Assembly: GCA_020184695.1 (NCBI GenBank)
Contig: JAANOX010000238.1
Coordinates: 248,001 to 312,000, forward strand
Source of the DNA: Histomonas meleagridis 2922-C6/04-290x
Taxonomy: Eukaryota; Protista; Parabasalia
DNA length: 64,000 nucleotides
Reading direction: 5' to 3'
The position numbers were made by a program, and so were the translations under genes. The notes below the pieces were generated by a model that ran no database searches, was not told the origin of the DNA, and saw nothing but the letters and a program-made list of their open reading frames with translations. Of the stretch, positions 33,201-43,062 are shown piece after piece (the first letter of the stretch is position 1; each line of letters begins with the position of its first letter).

Positions 33201-34105
33201 GTGATTTTCCTACATTAAAATTATCATTAGCATTTTCTACGTTAACAAAATTAATTGATACATTTCCATTAGATTCGATAATACCTATTGCATTATTTTG
33301 GCCAACATTATTATCAACTTGTAGTTCATCAACATTATTACGGAAATCTTCATTACTATTATTATATCGAATATTAGACACGATATTACCTAAACATGGG
33401 TATAAGAATGTAGTTGAACTAACCAAAACTTTAGATAAATCACCATCAATATCGAAAGGTATTAAAGAGTTTGGTGATTCATTAGAAATTAGTTTTACTG
33501 ATAATATTCCTTATGCTATAGTTAAGACATTAAATAAAGTATATGAAGATAATGAAACCCAAAAATTAGCACTTGATTGTACTGCTGTTTGTTTACGTCA
33601 ATTAACTAATTATCCATCGAAAGCTGCATATTTCGTATTACCATTCATAGCTTATTCGACAGAAGATTGTAATTGGATATTACGTTTGAAGTTTAAGAAC
33701 TTTAACCCAACTTCATTCCCTCAAATTATATTCTCTTCTTTCGATAAACGAAATTTGGATGAAATTTCTCTAGTGGCAACTTATTTGGGTAGTAAATTCT
33801 TCGGATTAAATTGCTCAAATAAAATAGAAACAATCTCCGAATGTTTGATATATGGAATGAGAAAATTCCCTCACGTGTTCGCTCCTGTACAAGGTTTCGT
33901 GTTGGAGAAGTGTTGGAAGATGTTGGAGTCTGAACAAAACTATCAGAGAATAGATATCGTAGCATCTGTGATAGCAACTTTCTTCGGAGTAGTAATCGAT
34001 GAGGACGTCTGCGCTGGTATTTACGAGGGATCGGTGACAGAAGAAAATTTGTTTAAACAAATTGTGAACTGCGTGGATGGTTTGAAGGAAATTGGTCAAA
34101 AGTAA
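27218..34105 (+). CDS. Neurofibromin (NF1/Ira)-like protein with divergent GAP-related, Sec14-PH and C-terminal HEAT regions
   Basis: WFKYLGKTSNDCHGYFMY resembles the NF1 Sec14 start. LFWPTLLSTCSSSTLLRKSSLLLL and FTDNIPYAIVKTLNK resemble NF1 C-terminal HEAT segments. FIECFIKPILTEP sits where the FLRFxxPAIxSP motif is expected. Confidence 0.65.
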   Translation: MSPSLAKEMVQTMLNEIEEDLKNTEGINGDYSEFSAIAWIESPRRKYASILQGVAKLKPQTALSVLLLKLRAYCKLINNSYSCTSSIQIKKLLIICQLILHLPVYVINSKSKESLNAILSLSLFNKGGDAARQLIVESVSEVARVLVMHGANPIPFTYPVSSVNELSNLFRLCTNVNYTVATFKSTIHLAQVLAPNIQADMRSKFVDKLYHAIFRFFIRSPKEHKVLLEQGIDDAQKLMDAILSWKSIDIEYMSLFGALMPFCRSSLQDLQARKKGNQFSNILNMMSQFKQSKESARVAVALGILEIINCVTLVTPNENELFRAFDEFLFTYRPKFEEWLFKPRKKPFFTGYLVNLFLPRYAALEFYKRQKPDGIACKKVLELAEHKYGNIGLVVFIKTVYDYCSAGPSSEVLKENQTNLFNLLSQRFTKAMKHLQTISDNNKNDLYSYSVFVRMTTYFITGFDYPFSIYCMMDLYGNQESVKANKQLNAFIHSNYGFDQVCSILNMVLPVYIEHFIDNSIFLVHLLREFLTFTDKWVKQLQSVSSKLAMKQLTELSVNFRSLVEKAIVIPSPTLISVPFIFYRFLKWEFLVIETTNSYDLLANSPEFIKANEITIFLLQSCTLDSVIDACNELLEEKLKIANIKYQYTFPIKSLPENDDVVIPSLQFIFSHWVNITNKLNKVEANSNEDDNYQSSNPYLLDTIKEKISSNTLFLCKYIHFLKTMPLSDNKNIPVEQSFIDITLKYLDITVLRNEKFTNSFKEINKYTFPNFITSACEFINTKYKNLEFSNRTFWINMINLLTSLLESNQLQEQEDTTKIIEEIEKIIYVFVSLIQISAFGDNIRMIIQSLARFLQVFYSLNIKKNLFLQRSIITTLIEISLSNRVTRPSMTTIPIGNILEVLFTDFHFDLSDLIPSVSESSSKEDAIQLFSFVLCSFNLLLQDISSNIAGYNNYVSSIQKCVMNILSNNADYVWQLYVEFLSSANQLLKLIIIESLSLMFKAEFHSIQKNIVRDETESYIKTYLDDNLSDSNLSTSSKSSQKSTSSFQSQKSTSSKTSVKSTSSKQSTKSTASKASGKSISSKQSGKSISSKQSGKSASSKKSRLSFNKSRKSSILDSSSHAPTSILEPKIMTIEEASKVYDEIHINNQFHPKYAKLIGKEHIYNLLIQNNFEVFNRPPTNNINFLTSAISCCITFHIHDEVFLMMTKKFKKKKSSLLKNNQYTLFYTAWFKKIIENWKIEEFIVLAKPKKIKEFIQAINPNLAFVYYFQKFNNIIKDETILKDLFIECFIKPILTEPKLYNKPYDTKKMGLNVTEFITLLKENQLFDNLIKSIIQAEPYYPTLTTNTFKADKDVVLAFLSDRPPIINKREYIKHNVTHVIKKIPEPSIEDQIKMRNFQWFKYLGKTSNDCHGYFMYPSQIPNVSFNLNLYHYISHFSHMKKRTIEFFINARELSPRANEFFTEHFKYVPPEFIKKIFRLTILNPSPQVMKAFGVFPLNNDNLCVVTNHFDGDKLLYFPAESFGDSYYYRGQFNVQCYDTDCILYIGVNSFILEVPFNVNDTTIITNQKIEVNLIRNININGKQVTFNINGGKTIEMITNAGNYINSAYESMISRKDLVHGFSCIDTETNISPNYKAELIALSLFLLNAENVFFNPSLQLFEAAINDDDNSLINCDVFTKSHNLNILFKEVEKSGLLDEVIICLMKYLKSMISYNNQSKVVLTTINIQTLTILIPLIIKFLNKSTNLCYISIVTHIMLKFCMNQETCDILYRLFWNEIESRTSLEIILPIIFTSNYPIITLRCILQSLMEKSSKIMGELIIDHYLDGTIRRKSFDNYMSIEKIFQLIPSLSFRCNDFMSSSNLPYLLFCSVVAGIHSHKENAENVKTFINISLESIDQTTQSFTLIQNQLEKLLRNPRVLSAFDLINIGGNIARIIDTKVYKEYQKLMTKEQIGDNPNIWYIKAAAAVYNEVTDSMNYQTAQKYVELLPSLLSSDFPTLKLSLAFSTLTKLIDTFPLDSIIPIALFWPTLLSTCSSSTLLRKSSLLLLYRILDTILPKHGYKNVVELTKTLDKSPSISKGIKEFGDSLEISFTDNIPYAIVKTLNKVYEDNETQKLALDCTAVCLRQLTNYPSKAAYFVLPFIAYSTEDCNWILRLKFKNFNPTSFPQIIFSSFDKRNLDEISLVATYLGSKFFGLNCSNKIETISECLIYGMRKFPHVFAPVQGFVLEKCWKMLESEQNYQRIDIVASVIATFFGVVIDEDVCAGIYEGSVTEENLFKQIVNCVDGLKEIGQK
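30449..30523 (+). repeat. 27-bp tandem repeat (GKSISSKQS x~3) within a Ser/Lys-rich linker
   Basis: ggtaaatcaattagttctaaacaaagt / ggtaaatcaataagttctaaacaaagt / ggtaaatctgcaagttctaag. Confidence 0.85.
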
Positions 34106-34179
34106 AAATTTTTATTAAAAAAAAATAATTTTTTTTTGGGGTTTGTGTACAAAAAATTAATGAAAAAGTTTTTGGCTTT

Positions 34180-35326
34180 TGATGAAATATAAATATTTCG
34201 TAGTGAATTATGTCAAAGCTGAAAAAGGGAGTAAAAAACTGTGAATATTTAAGTTGGTTTAATTTGAATCATTTTTATCGCCTGTTTGTGAACGGAAAAA
34301 TTATCCATCCATATGACAATATTTTCCTTTCCATACATCTCAAATAGGGGATTTTTGAGAAATGCATTAAATACATTTTGTGCTACAGGTCCTGTAGGAA
34401 CCTCTTACAAATAAACAGTACTCCATTCCAGTTGAACTTATGCCAAATAAGGAAGTTCCTCTAAACCCCTTAATCCTTTTTGTATTTCATATCCTTTCCC
34501 CTTTCTTGCCCCAACCTTCAACATTCACATATCCAATTTCAAATGATGTCTCATCAATGCATACCCACTCGTAACCAGATTGAATATATGAAATCAATTT
34601 GCTACAAGCCTTCTTTCTTATTTCCTTATTTTCTAAACTATTCGAGAGGTGTCCTATTTACTGCTTTCTTATATGAAAATAAAGGGAGTTTATCATCCAC
34701 TGCCTTTTGTGTTAGATAACGATATATTGTCGATTGCGTAATAGTGCAATCTTTGTATATTTCGTATGTAAGCAAAATCTTCAATACTTTGAACTGGATT
34801 ATCTTCATATGTTGATAGCAAAACTTTTCCATAATTTTCGTCAATTTTTCTAGGTATACCTTTCTTTTATGATTTATCCAATATGTTTACTCCTTTTCTA
34901 GGTTTGTTCAGCTATCTCTTAAAATTTGATACAGGTATACCAACATTTGCAGCGTACCACATTGAATTTTCATCGTCTTTCTCCATGCTCATTAAAGAGT
35001 TTAATGAGTTTTTCTTTCTGGGAATCCATCATTTTCTGGTATGATCTTTTTTCTTTTGAAATAGAAATGGTTAGTTCGTTGGGACCCTTAATTGTCTTTT
35101 GTTTACCGGATGGTGATGGATAAAATTCAATTTCTTCTGCCTCTCTTAAAGGAACGGATATTGACTGAATTGAGGGAGCATTTTCAATATACTCTTTCAA
35201 AACTTCAGGATTTATTGTATTCAAAATATCCATACTTCCATGTATGTGAGCACCTGGTTGTTCTTCAGGTGTTCTATATCTATAATTGATGTTAATTAAC
35301 ATTACATATAAATGTGACTTTATCAT
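34180..35326 (-). mobile_element. Degenerate IS630/Tc1/mariner-superfamily transposase (stops and frameshifts)
   Basis: Manual translation across frames: KRSYQKMMDSQKEKLIKLF...GIPRKID...TQSTIYRYL (HTH)...WVCIDETSF (first catalytic D)...WGKKGE...IVIWMDNFSVHK (second D)... Confidence 0.8.
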
Positions 35327-35500
35327 AATAATAATAGCATATGTTTTTGAATCTTAAAGCTATTGTATAATGTCCAGAATCAGGCTTTTTTGAATGATAT
35401 AACATCCCGAAAAATCTTATTTTTTTGCCCTTCTTCATCTTTAAACACTCGATAATTTGAAATATCGATATATTTTCGAAAATTTAATGTAATTGTGGTC

Positions 35501-35715
35501 TTACTTAGACTGGGTCATATGAGAAGATAAATATTGACTAATTGAGGCCCTATTGACCAATACAACAAGATCAATCCGACGATTGAAATCTCGAACAAGA
35601 TTATCAATCATTGATTGATCTAGTGAATTCCATACTGAATAAACAGCAGAACAAAATCACCTTTAGATTTAATTTCTTGTTTCTTTTAATTTATTTTTTC
35701 AAGTACTTCCGTGAG
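35501..35715 (-). mobile_element. C-terminal fragment of a second Tc1-like transposase
   Basis: SAVYSVWNSLDQSMIDNLVRDFNRRIDLVVLVNRASISQYLSSH matches the Tc1 C-terminal pattern W..I....I..LV.S...R...V....G. Confidence 0.6.
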
Positions 35716-35804
35716 TATATATCTTCAAAAGTAAAATATTACAATGTATTTTGTGAGAATACTTATTAATATGTAAAATGTTATAATGTATTTTTTGATG
35801 ATTT

Positions 35805-35938
35805 TCATATGTTTGAGTGTTTATGCAATGCTGTCTCAAATTAGGAAAACATATTCCAAATATTAAAACATATACTAAATTATTCAAATGAATATTTGTT
35901 GCATTAATATCAATTCCTTCTTTATCCAAAAGTAATTT
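35805..35938 (-). pseudogene. Isolated ankyrin-repeat fragment carrying 17/16/17-nt insertions
   Basis: KLLLDKEGIDINATN [17] S [16] G [17] ETALHKHSNI*. Confidence 0.65.
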
Positions 35939-36726
35939 TAAAGATGGTCGATAAAGTATTCAAATTTTTATCTCCTGTGTTTGGGATTGCAGTATCATCA
36001 TTAGGCATGGTATTTTTCATATAAAATGAAACAAACACATACAATGTCTAAATTTGAATAAAATCATATTAAAAAATTATTTGATATTTTTTGTGATTTC
36101 AATTTTTTTCGAAATTTTAATATAAAATTGACGAGAAATGCACTTCTCACATCCAATTGCTGTTATTGAGTTATTATATCATCTACTGAGAAAAATGTAT
36201 TTAAAAAATTGAGCGTTAGAAGTGTGCTTTACTAAATTCCCAAAAATCATTCATTTTCAAAAACTGCGGTTATTTGATCGTCTTTGTGCATAAAAAATTA
36301 CAATTGAATTGATAGCCTCCGAAAAATGCGTGCAAAAGTGCGCGCAAATTCCTGACACGCTAGTTAGTGGCCCTATGAATCCAGCTCCCAAATATCGATT
36401 TTCTGATAATTGTATCATTTCGATAATTAACGTTTTCGTTTTCATTTATTAAATATTTTAAACGAACCTTTGGAAAAATTTTTATATGTAACGTATCAAA
36501 TTCTAATTATGTTTAGAAATAATTTTTCTTGAGGAAGCATTTGGTGCACCAAACTAGTTTGATGGTTTCTTGGCTCGAGGAATCCACTCAATAATTAAAT
36601 AGAACGTTTCTGGATTTGAATAGTTACTGCTTTCAAAAATTGTGATGAGAGTTTTGAATGTTGGCACTTTTTGGCCGTTGTTCGCCAACAAGCCGAACAA
36701 GTCAACAGAAACTCAAAGGGCATAAG

Positions 36727-38307
36727 ATGCCACTCTCAATACAATTTTTTTGGTTGAATTTAAAAAACACATTAACCAAAAAGAAACCAATTCAAGTTAT
36801 TAAACAAATTAAATTTTTAATTTCTACTCATCGAGGATATATCTGGTTTTATATTATTTTAATTTATTTAACTGCCCACTTCTTCTTTTTGTTCACGCCA
36901 AGTACGAACTTAAATTTATTATATTATATACCAAACCTCAAAGTTTCAATTGCAATTGATCTTAATGAAAAAATGCCCATTAACTATATAAAAGATTTCC
37001 ATAACTTTGAGGTAGTATCTGGGTTTCTTGTTGTTAAAGATAAATCTTTTTTAAATTATGATAAATATGGATACAACATAACATTTACTACATTTCCAGA
37101 CAATGGTTATCTTGCATTCCAAAGTGCTTTGTATTTAATGGATATGCCTGATTATGTAATTTATGTTAATAGTTCCAATGTTAATTATATGCCATCGATT
37201 TCATGGATTGATTCTGCAATCTCTAACATTACATTTCATAAAGCGGATATTCTTTTTGGTGGTAATACCACATTTCATAACAAAACTGTTGGTATTGGCG
37301 TTGCGATACTTAAAGCATCAATTGTTCGTGAAATTCTTTATTACACAAATTCCACATTTACATCTATTCCTCCATTACTTTCTGTTTCATTACTTCCCAA
37401 AGATAAAATTCGGATTATTTATAATCATTTCGATGGAATTAAACCATTCCAAAACTATGATTATATAACAAAAGTTGAACAACTTCGACATCAACAATGT
37501 TCCAAAGTATCCAACGCAACCAATCATTCTTTTGCAGTTCTGATACCATTATTTAAGCGCAAGAACATTTATCGATACATTTCAGCGTATGAAGAAGAAA
37601 TAAGTAAAGCAAATTTATACGTATTAATTCAATGCGAGAATCGATTTACGTTAAAATTGGGACTTGTTCAATCGAAAATACAAAATCGAGTTCCAGTATA
37701 TCATATTTGGTGTTACAATTGGAGTCCATTGTTTATGTTTCCTGTATATGTCTCCGGAATGTTACCTGTTGACTTTGTAATGCGTTATGATGATGACCAA
37801 AGACCATTTGGGAATCAAACGCAAAGAAACCTTAAACAATATTTGGAAGAACACGATGCTATTGTTGGATTACATGGATTTTCTGATCGAAGAATAGCAT
37901 GGAATCATCGAAAAGGATCTGTAGAAAATTGCACCAAATTGGATCATGTAGCATCGCCAATGATGTATACACCAATGCATGCCAAAATATCTGCGAGAAT
38001 TAAAACTATTACTTTTGTACATGGCGAAGATATTTATTTATCTTTGACGAATAATGCACTATGTAACACAAGAATAGAACATGGAAATTTAACATTTAGA
38101 ATGAGAGGTAAAGACGGATTAAATAATGAAAATGATGAAAAAATGCAAAAAATAAAAGGAATAAATCAAATGAATTATGTTAATGCAATATATAACCAAT
38201 ATAGAGCTAACGCATCGTACGTTCCGATATGCCTTAGAAATAACAAAACTGTTTTCAGGCACAGCCTGTCTGCAATAGAGTTTAATCACACAAAATTGTT
38301 TAGTTGA
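36727..38307 (+). CDS. Type II membrane GT-A-fold glycosyltransferase-like protein
   Basis: N-terminal TM (YIWFYIILIYLTAHFFFLF), AVLIPLFKR, DxD-like VMRYDDD, GEDIYLS. Likely ATG at 36727. Confidence 0.5.
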   Translation: MPLSIQFFWLNLKNTLTKKKPIQVIKQIKFLISTHRGYIWFYIILIYLTAHFFFLFTPSTNLNLLYYIPNLKVSIAIDLNEKMPINYIKDFHNFEVVSGFLVVKDKSFLNYDKYGYNITFTTFPDNGYLAFQSALYLMDMPDYVIYVNSSNVNYMPSISWIDSAISNITFHKADILFGGNTTFHNKTVGIGVAILKASIVREILYYTNSTFTSIPPLLSVSLLPKDKIRIIYNHFDGIKPFQNYDYITKVEQLRHQQCSKVSNATNHSFAVLIPLFKRKNIYRYISAYEEEISKANLYVLIQCENRFTLKLGLVQSKIQNRVPVYHIWCYNWSPLFMFPVYVSGMLPVDFVMRYDDDQRPFGNQTQRNLKQYLEEHDAIVGLHGFSDRRIAWNHRKGSVENCTKLDHVASPMMYTPMHAKISARIKTITFVHGEDIYLSLTNNALCNTRIEHGNLTFRMRGKDGLNNENDEKMQKIKGINQMNYVNAIYNQYRANASYVPICLRNNKTVFRHSLSAIEFNHTKLFS

Positions 38308-38955
38308 TAAAAATGAAAATGAAATTTTGTTTGCTTAGAAATTACTTAAATTAATAATATATTTTAACAAATATATTTTTCTTTTATTGCTATGTATAAG
38401 TTGTATTATCTATAATAAATCTTTTTGAATTTCATATAACTTCTGGTGAAATTATAGTATGGAAAAATTTAAATAAGTGTTCGCCATTGTGCTAAGAGCA
38501 GTTAATGGAGTGAAACGATTAAAGAAGCACTAACCAGCTTCAATTTTTTTTTTTTTGCTTTGTTATTTATATATTTAGGAATGATAAACGATTGTTTTTT
38601 ATTCAATTTTCAAATAAAAGTGTCTCCACCTTCGCAATTTATTCTGATAAAAAATTTAATCATTTTTTTGACCCTAATATCATTTTAATATCTATTTAAC
38701 GATAAAATTTGATTTATCTTGAATATCAATATTTTTAGCATTGGAACTGAGTTTTGATTGGTAATTTTTGTATTTACACCGCTCTTGATATCAAAGAAAA
38801 ATTCCTTCTCAATTTTCCCTTTTCAATAAGTGAAAATTTACCATTTTTAATTTCTCTCAAATTTATTTGAATGATATATCGTTCACTATTCAATTATTTC
38901 GTTAAGCGATAGAAAAACATTACACAAAGTCAACGGTTTTCAAATTTGTGGTTGG

Positions 38956-39960
38956 ATGGAATCCAAACTGGATAAAATCCTCAGCAAATTAATAGCAATC
39001 AGAACAAAGCCTCCAGGGTACTGTGCAGGCTTGACAGTAGCTGATGTTGAGTATCTATGTAAAACAGTTCGGCAAATCTTTAGTCAACAACCTATTTTAC
39101 TTGAATTATCTCCTCCTTTAACTATTGTTGGTGACACACATGGACAATACCATGACTTATTACGTATTTTCGAAATTGCAAAATACCCTCCTCACACAAA
39201 TTATTTATTTTTAGGAGATTACGTTGACAGAGGAAAACAGAGTATAGAGACTGTTTGTCTTTTATTTGCCTTCAAAATCAAGTTTCCTTGTAACTTTTTC
39301 ATGCTTAGAGGCAACCATGAATGTTCCGCTATTAATCGTCTCTACGGATTTTATGACGAATGTATGAAATATTTTAACATAGGTGTTTGGAATATGTTTT
39401 GTGAAGTCTTCAAATATCTCCCAATCGCAGCAATTATCGAAGAAAAGATATTTTGTATTCATGGAGGACTATCACCAGACCTTAAATCTCTTGATGACAT
39501 ACGGAGCATTAGAAGGCCTGTTGATGTCCCAGAAGAAGGTCTTTTATGCGATCTTCTTTGGTCAGATCCAGATCCTCTTGTCGATACATGGGAACCAAAT
39601 GGAAGAGGAACATCTTATGTCTTCGGTGAAAGACAAGTTGAGTCCTTCCTTAAAACATTTCATTTTGATCTGGTCTGTAGAGCTCATCAAGCAGTAATGA
39701 ACGGATACGAATTCACATTTGGTGAAAACAAATCATTGATAACTTTGTTTTCAGCGCCTAATTATTGTTATGAGTATAATAATAAGGGTGGAATTATGAG
39801 CGTTGATAAGGATTTATTGTGTACTTTTATTGTGATCGAACCAAATGACTGGGATGAAGAAATAGATGACTTGAAAAGACCTGGGACACCTCCAAGAGAT
39901 TCTATGTTAACTTCTAACGATGAACAGGTCACGGCATTTACACCTAAAAATGTGAATTAG
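38956..39960 (+). CDS. PP1-like Ser/Thr phosphatase catalytic subunit
   Basis: GDTHGQY, GDYVDRGKQS, LRGNHE, RPVDVPEEGLLCDLLWSDP, RGTSY, FSAPNYC. Confidence 0.95.
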   Translation: MESKLDKILSKLIAIRTKPPGYCAGLTVADVEYLCKTVRQIFSQQPILLELSPPLTIVGDTHGQYHDLLRIFEIAKYPPHTNYLFLGDYVDRGKQSIETVCLLFAFKIKFPCNFFMLRGNHECSAINRLYGFYDECMKYFNIGVWNMFCEVFKYLPIAAIIEEKIFCIHGGLSPDLKSLDDIRSIRRPVDVPEEGLLCDLLWSDPDPLVDTWEPNGRGTSYVFGERQVESFLKTFHFDLVCRAHQAVMNGYEFTFGENKSLITLFSAPNYCYEYNNKGGIMSVDKDLLCTFIVIEPNDWDEEIDDLKRPGTPPRDSMLTSNDEQVTAFTPKNVN

Positions 39961-40122
39961 GAAATAAAAATTTTAAACTGTTTTCTTTCAAATTTTGAAT
40001 ACAGAACGATCGAAATTTATTCAAATAAATTTTTAAAAATTTATAAAAAATGAAAATGTTTTAATATAAATGTTACATGAAATGTTATTAGATTTGGATT
40101 ACTTATGTGGAGGATTCGTTCT

Positions 40123-40758
40123 TTAATCTTTTTTAGTAAACAATGATTTGGAAATTTTAGCTTTCTTGAAAAAGTTATATGATATGAAGGCAGAAAGGAT
40201 AGACAATATAAAAGTAACAGCTGCTTTTGTAAGCCTTGAGGAAGGAACTATCAAATCACCATGTTCGTCGATCTCATATTTTCCGTTATATGTCCATATA
40301 ATACGAATATCATTTTCATCAAATGGTTCTCCATCTGTTGTACTTATTTTGGTTAGGTTTTGGATATTAAGACGGAAAACTTTGGTCAAATTAAGTAATT
40401 GTTTTTGGTAATGTTTTAGAACTTCTCTGTTATCTGAAACGATCACCCTTCCTGGCTTATAGCAAATGTTTTTGAATTGAATGAAATGATTAGGACATTT
40501 GAAATGTTGGTTATCATTTAATGGACATTCTGCATGCTTAGGACATTTTTTACAGTTCCACCTTACTTCTCCACTTGGGCAATACGTTTTTGGATTGTAT
40601 GTGATCGGAATTATTAGAAGAATTAATATGAATGATATAATTGCAAATGTATATCCAAAAGATCTGTTATAATCTGGCTTATTAATGGCTGTGAAAGGAG
40701 TAGGAGTTCTTGATGAAAGACTTGAAGAAAATGATGAAGAACTTCTTGAAGACTCCAT
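40123..40758 (-). CDS. Two-TM membrane protein with Cys-rich loop (possibly Man1/Src1 luminal-like)
   Basis: Ser-rich N-terminus, TM1, CKKCPKHAEC...FKCP...C, TM2, basic tail. Confidence 0.45.
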   Translation of the reverse strand: MESSRSSSSFSSSLSSRTPTPFTAINKPDYNRSFGYTFAIISFILILLIIPITYNPKTYCPSGEVRWNCKKCPKHAECPLNDNQHFKCPNHFIQFKNICYKPGRVIVSDNREVLKHYQKQLLNLTKVFRLNIQNLTKISTTDGEPFDENDIRIIWTYNGKYEIDEHGDLIVPSSRLTKAAVTFILSILSAFISYNFFKKAKISKSLFTKKD

Positions 40759-41219
40759 CCGAAAGTGACGGTTTTTTGGAACACAAAAAAATCAAAAACA
40801 AACAAATGAAAACATTAAAAAAAACATAACTATAATGCACTATATTTGCAACAGAATAAGGTTATGAATGCTTTTATATTTTTTGATCATAAAAATATTA
40901 AAATCAAGAAATCATTATTTAAATTTTTACCTAACAAAGTCACGATTTCATTAAGATAGAGCCTTCCTATGTATTAAAATAAAATTAAGCAAAAAATTCT
41001 TACATAAAGACTTCCTTTATGATATCTTTTAAACTAAATTGGCAATTAAAATTCAATAAATTGTTCTTAACACAAAAAATGAAAAACATCTAATTGCAAT
41101 TTGAAAAAGCTTTTTTTTTAAAGCGAGTGTTAAGCAAATACACAGGACGATTGAATCAAAGGCTTTTTCATTGAACTTCATAATATATAAAATTTTATTG
41201 AAATACTTTTCTGTTGTTA

Positions 41220-41897
41220 TTATTGAGGATATTTTTCGCCTTTTTTCTCTATAGCCGCTTTTACATAAGTCCTTAGTGCCTGAAATGTTTGTTTGTTCAG
41301 CTTTGTTACATCGAATATTAGATTCGGTGATTCATCAAAGAGTTCAGGTTGGAATTCACTTATAATTTTTGATATATTTTTATTATCTTCTTTAGTTTGA
41401 AGCTTTTCAGTCGCTGTTACAAAACATTGTAGCTCATGCTGCGAAATTGGTGGTGAACTCGCGTTTAAGTACTTCTGAATTTGAGGAATTTCTCTGACTT
41501 TTGTTGGTGGACTGGACATTAAATTTGTAAGTTTGCTTCGAAGTCGAATAATTTCACTTATCCATTTTGGTGTAGAAAGAAGACCAATAGATTTTTTTTC
41601 TTTCTCAAAAATATAACGATCATATGAAATAAAGGATAATTCAGACAATTGAGCAAGATCTGTTGGATCTGTATTTTCTTTCTCAATATATGACCAGCAA
41701 TTTTCAATGTCATCTGCCCATTCTTGTAATGTAGAATATTTATTTTCAAGTAAACGAGTTTGGATTGATTTTAAATCAATACATTTGTCACTTCCTGGAA
41801 GTTTTAAAGTGGGTTCATCATAAAAGTACATTGCGCTTGGATGCTTTAATAAACTATCCATTATTGCAATTGCTTTTCTTCTAAGAAGTTCGTTCAT
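41220..41897 (-). CDS. Divergent bromodomain + ET-domain protein
   Basis: LLKHPSAMYF...IDLKSIQTRLLENKYSTLQEWADDIENCW; ET-like ISQHELQCFV...FDVTKLNKQTFQAL. Confidence 0.75.
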   Translation of the reverse strand: MNELLRRKAIAIMDSLLKHPSAMYFYDEPTLKLPGSDKCIDLKSIQTRLLENKYSTLQEWADDIENCWSYIEKENTDPTDLAQLSELSFISYDRYIFEKEKKSIGLLSTPKWISEIIRLRSKLTNLMSSPPTKVREIPQIQKYLNASSPPISQHELQCFVTATEKLQTKEDNKNISKIISEFQPELFDESPNLIFDVTKLNKQTFQALRTYVKAAIEKKGEKYPQ

Positions 41898-41967
41898 TAT
41901 TTGCTGAAAATTAGGGGTGCCCCAGTATGTTTTTAATTAAAAATACGTTAAAAAAATAACGTATTTA

Positions 41968-43062
41968 ATGCCACCAAGAAGAAGAAAGAGGCCAAGGCGA
42001 CTTAGACCATATGAAAAGGTTCAAAACTTCCTTGATCTTTATAAAAAAATTGCTAGTATTTATGATGTTCCAACTTTAAATGATGTTGAAGAATTATATG
42101 GTCCAATTGTTGAAAAACATGGAAAAAGAATTCCACAACTTCTTCAATTTGCTGAAGAAACAGTTGCAGCAACACGCCTTCGTCCTCTTATTGATGCATT
42201 TCAACAATCAGATGTAAGGGTCAGATTTTTATCTTTTTTAAATACAAATACAGGTGATGATGGACTTCATGTTTTAGCTCATGCACTTCAGCCACCTCTT
42301 GAAGTTGCAGGTATTGCTTATCATGCAAATAATGTGAGTTCATCTGGCTGCAGAGGTTTTGCTCGGAGTATGATTACATCAAAATCTTTAGCAATTCTTG
42401 AGTTAGATTTTAATCCTAACATTGGCGATGAAGGAGTTATCGGATTAACTGCATACGGGCATTGTCCAACATTAACGAAATTATCTTTACGATTTTGTGA
42501 TATTTCAGATACAGGTGCCATAGCAATTTCTAAATGGCTTACACAAGATACGTGCAGAATAAAGGAACTACTTTTAAACGGTAATAAAATCGGTCCAATT
42601 GGAGCAACGGCAATTGGACAATCGTTAGGAAAAAACAAAAGCCTCACACGGATAGACCTCTCTGATAATATTTTTGGGTTTGATCGCGATGCTTTAATTG
42701 CGATACATGATGGAATAATTGAAAGTCCAACACTCAAAAGCATTAATATGTTAAATCATTTCGAATGTCCTGAAGGAATTGGAGAAAAGTATTTTGAATT
42801 AACAAAAAATAAACCATTATGCGAATGCGTATTAACTGTTAAAATGGATGCGATTTTGTTTAAGAATATAAAAGCGACCGCTTTGATAAATAAAAGGAAA
42901 ATGTTAAAAGAAGAAAGGAAAAGAAGATTAGAAGCAAAGAAAGCTGCACAAAATGTTGACAATAATAATGAAGAACAAGTAAAACAAGAAGAAAATGAAG
43001 GAAAAGAACAACAAAACAATGAGCAAGAATTAAATAATGGTCAAGAAGCAATTAATGAATAA
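41968..43062 (+). CDS. Ribonuclease-inhibitor-type LRR protein
   Basis: LELDFNPNIGDEG, LSLRFCDISDTGA, LLLNGNKIGPIGA, IDLSDNIFG; basic N-terminus and acidic tail. Confidence 0.85.
   Translation: MPPRRRKRPRRLRPYEKVQNFLDLYKKIASIYDVPTLNDVEELYGPIVEKHGKRIPQLLQFAEETVAATRLRPLIDAFQQSDVRVRFLSFLNTNTGDDGLHVLAHALQPPLEVAGIAYHANNVSSSGCRGFARSMITSKSLAILELDFNPNIGDEGVIGLTAYGHCPTLTKLSLRFCDISDTGAIAISKWLTQDTCRIKELLLNGNKIGPIGATAIGQSLGKNKSLTRIDLSDNIFGFDRDALIAIHDGIIESPTLKSINMLNHFECPEGIGEKYFELTKNKPLCECVLTVKMDAILFKNIKATALINKRKMLKEERKRRLEAKKAAQNVDNNNEEQVKQEENEGKEQQNNEQELNNGQEAINE

Noticed and set aside
36316-36390. GC-rich patch as a transposon terminal inverted repeat or ncRNA
   Set aside because: No matching inverted copy near 34100-34200 and no recognisable tRNA or snRNA structure.
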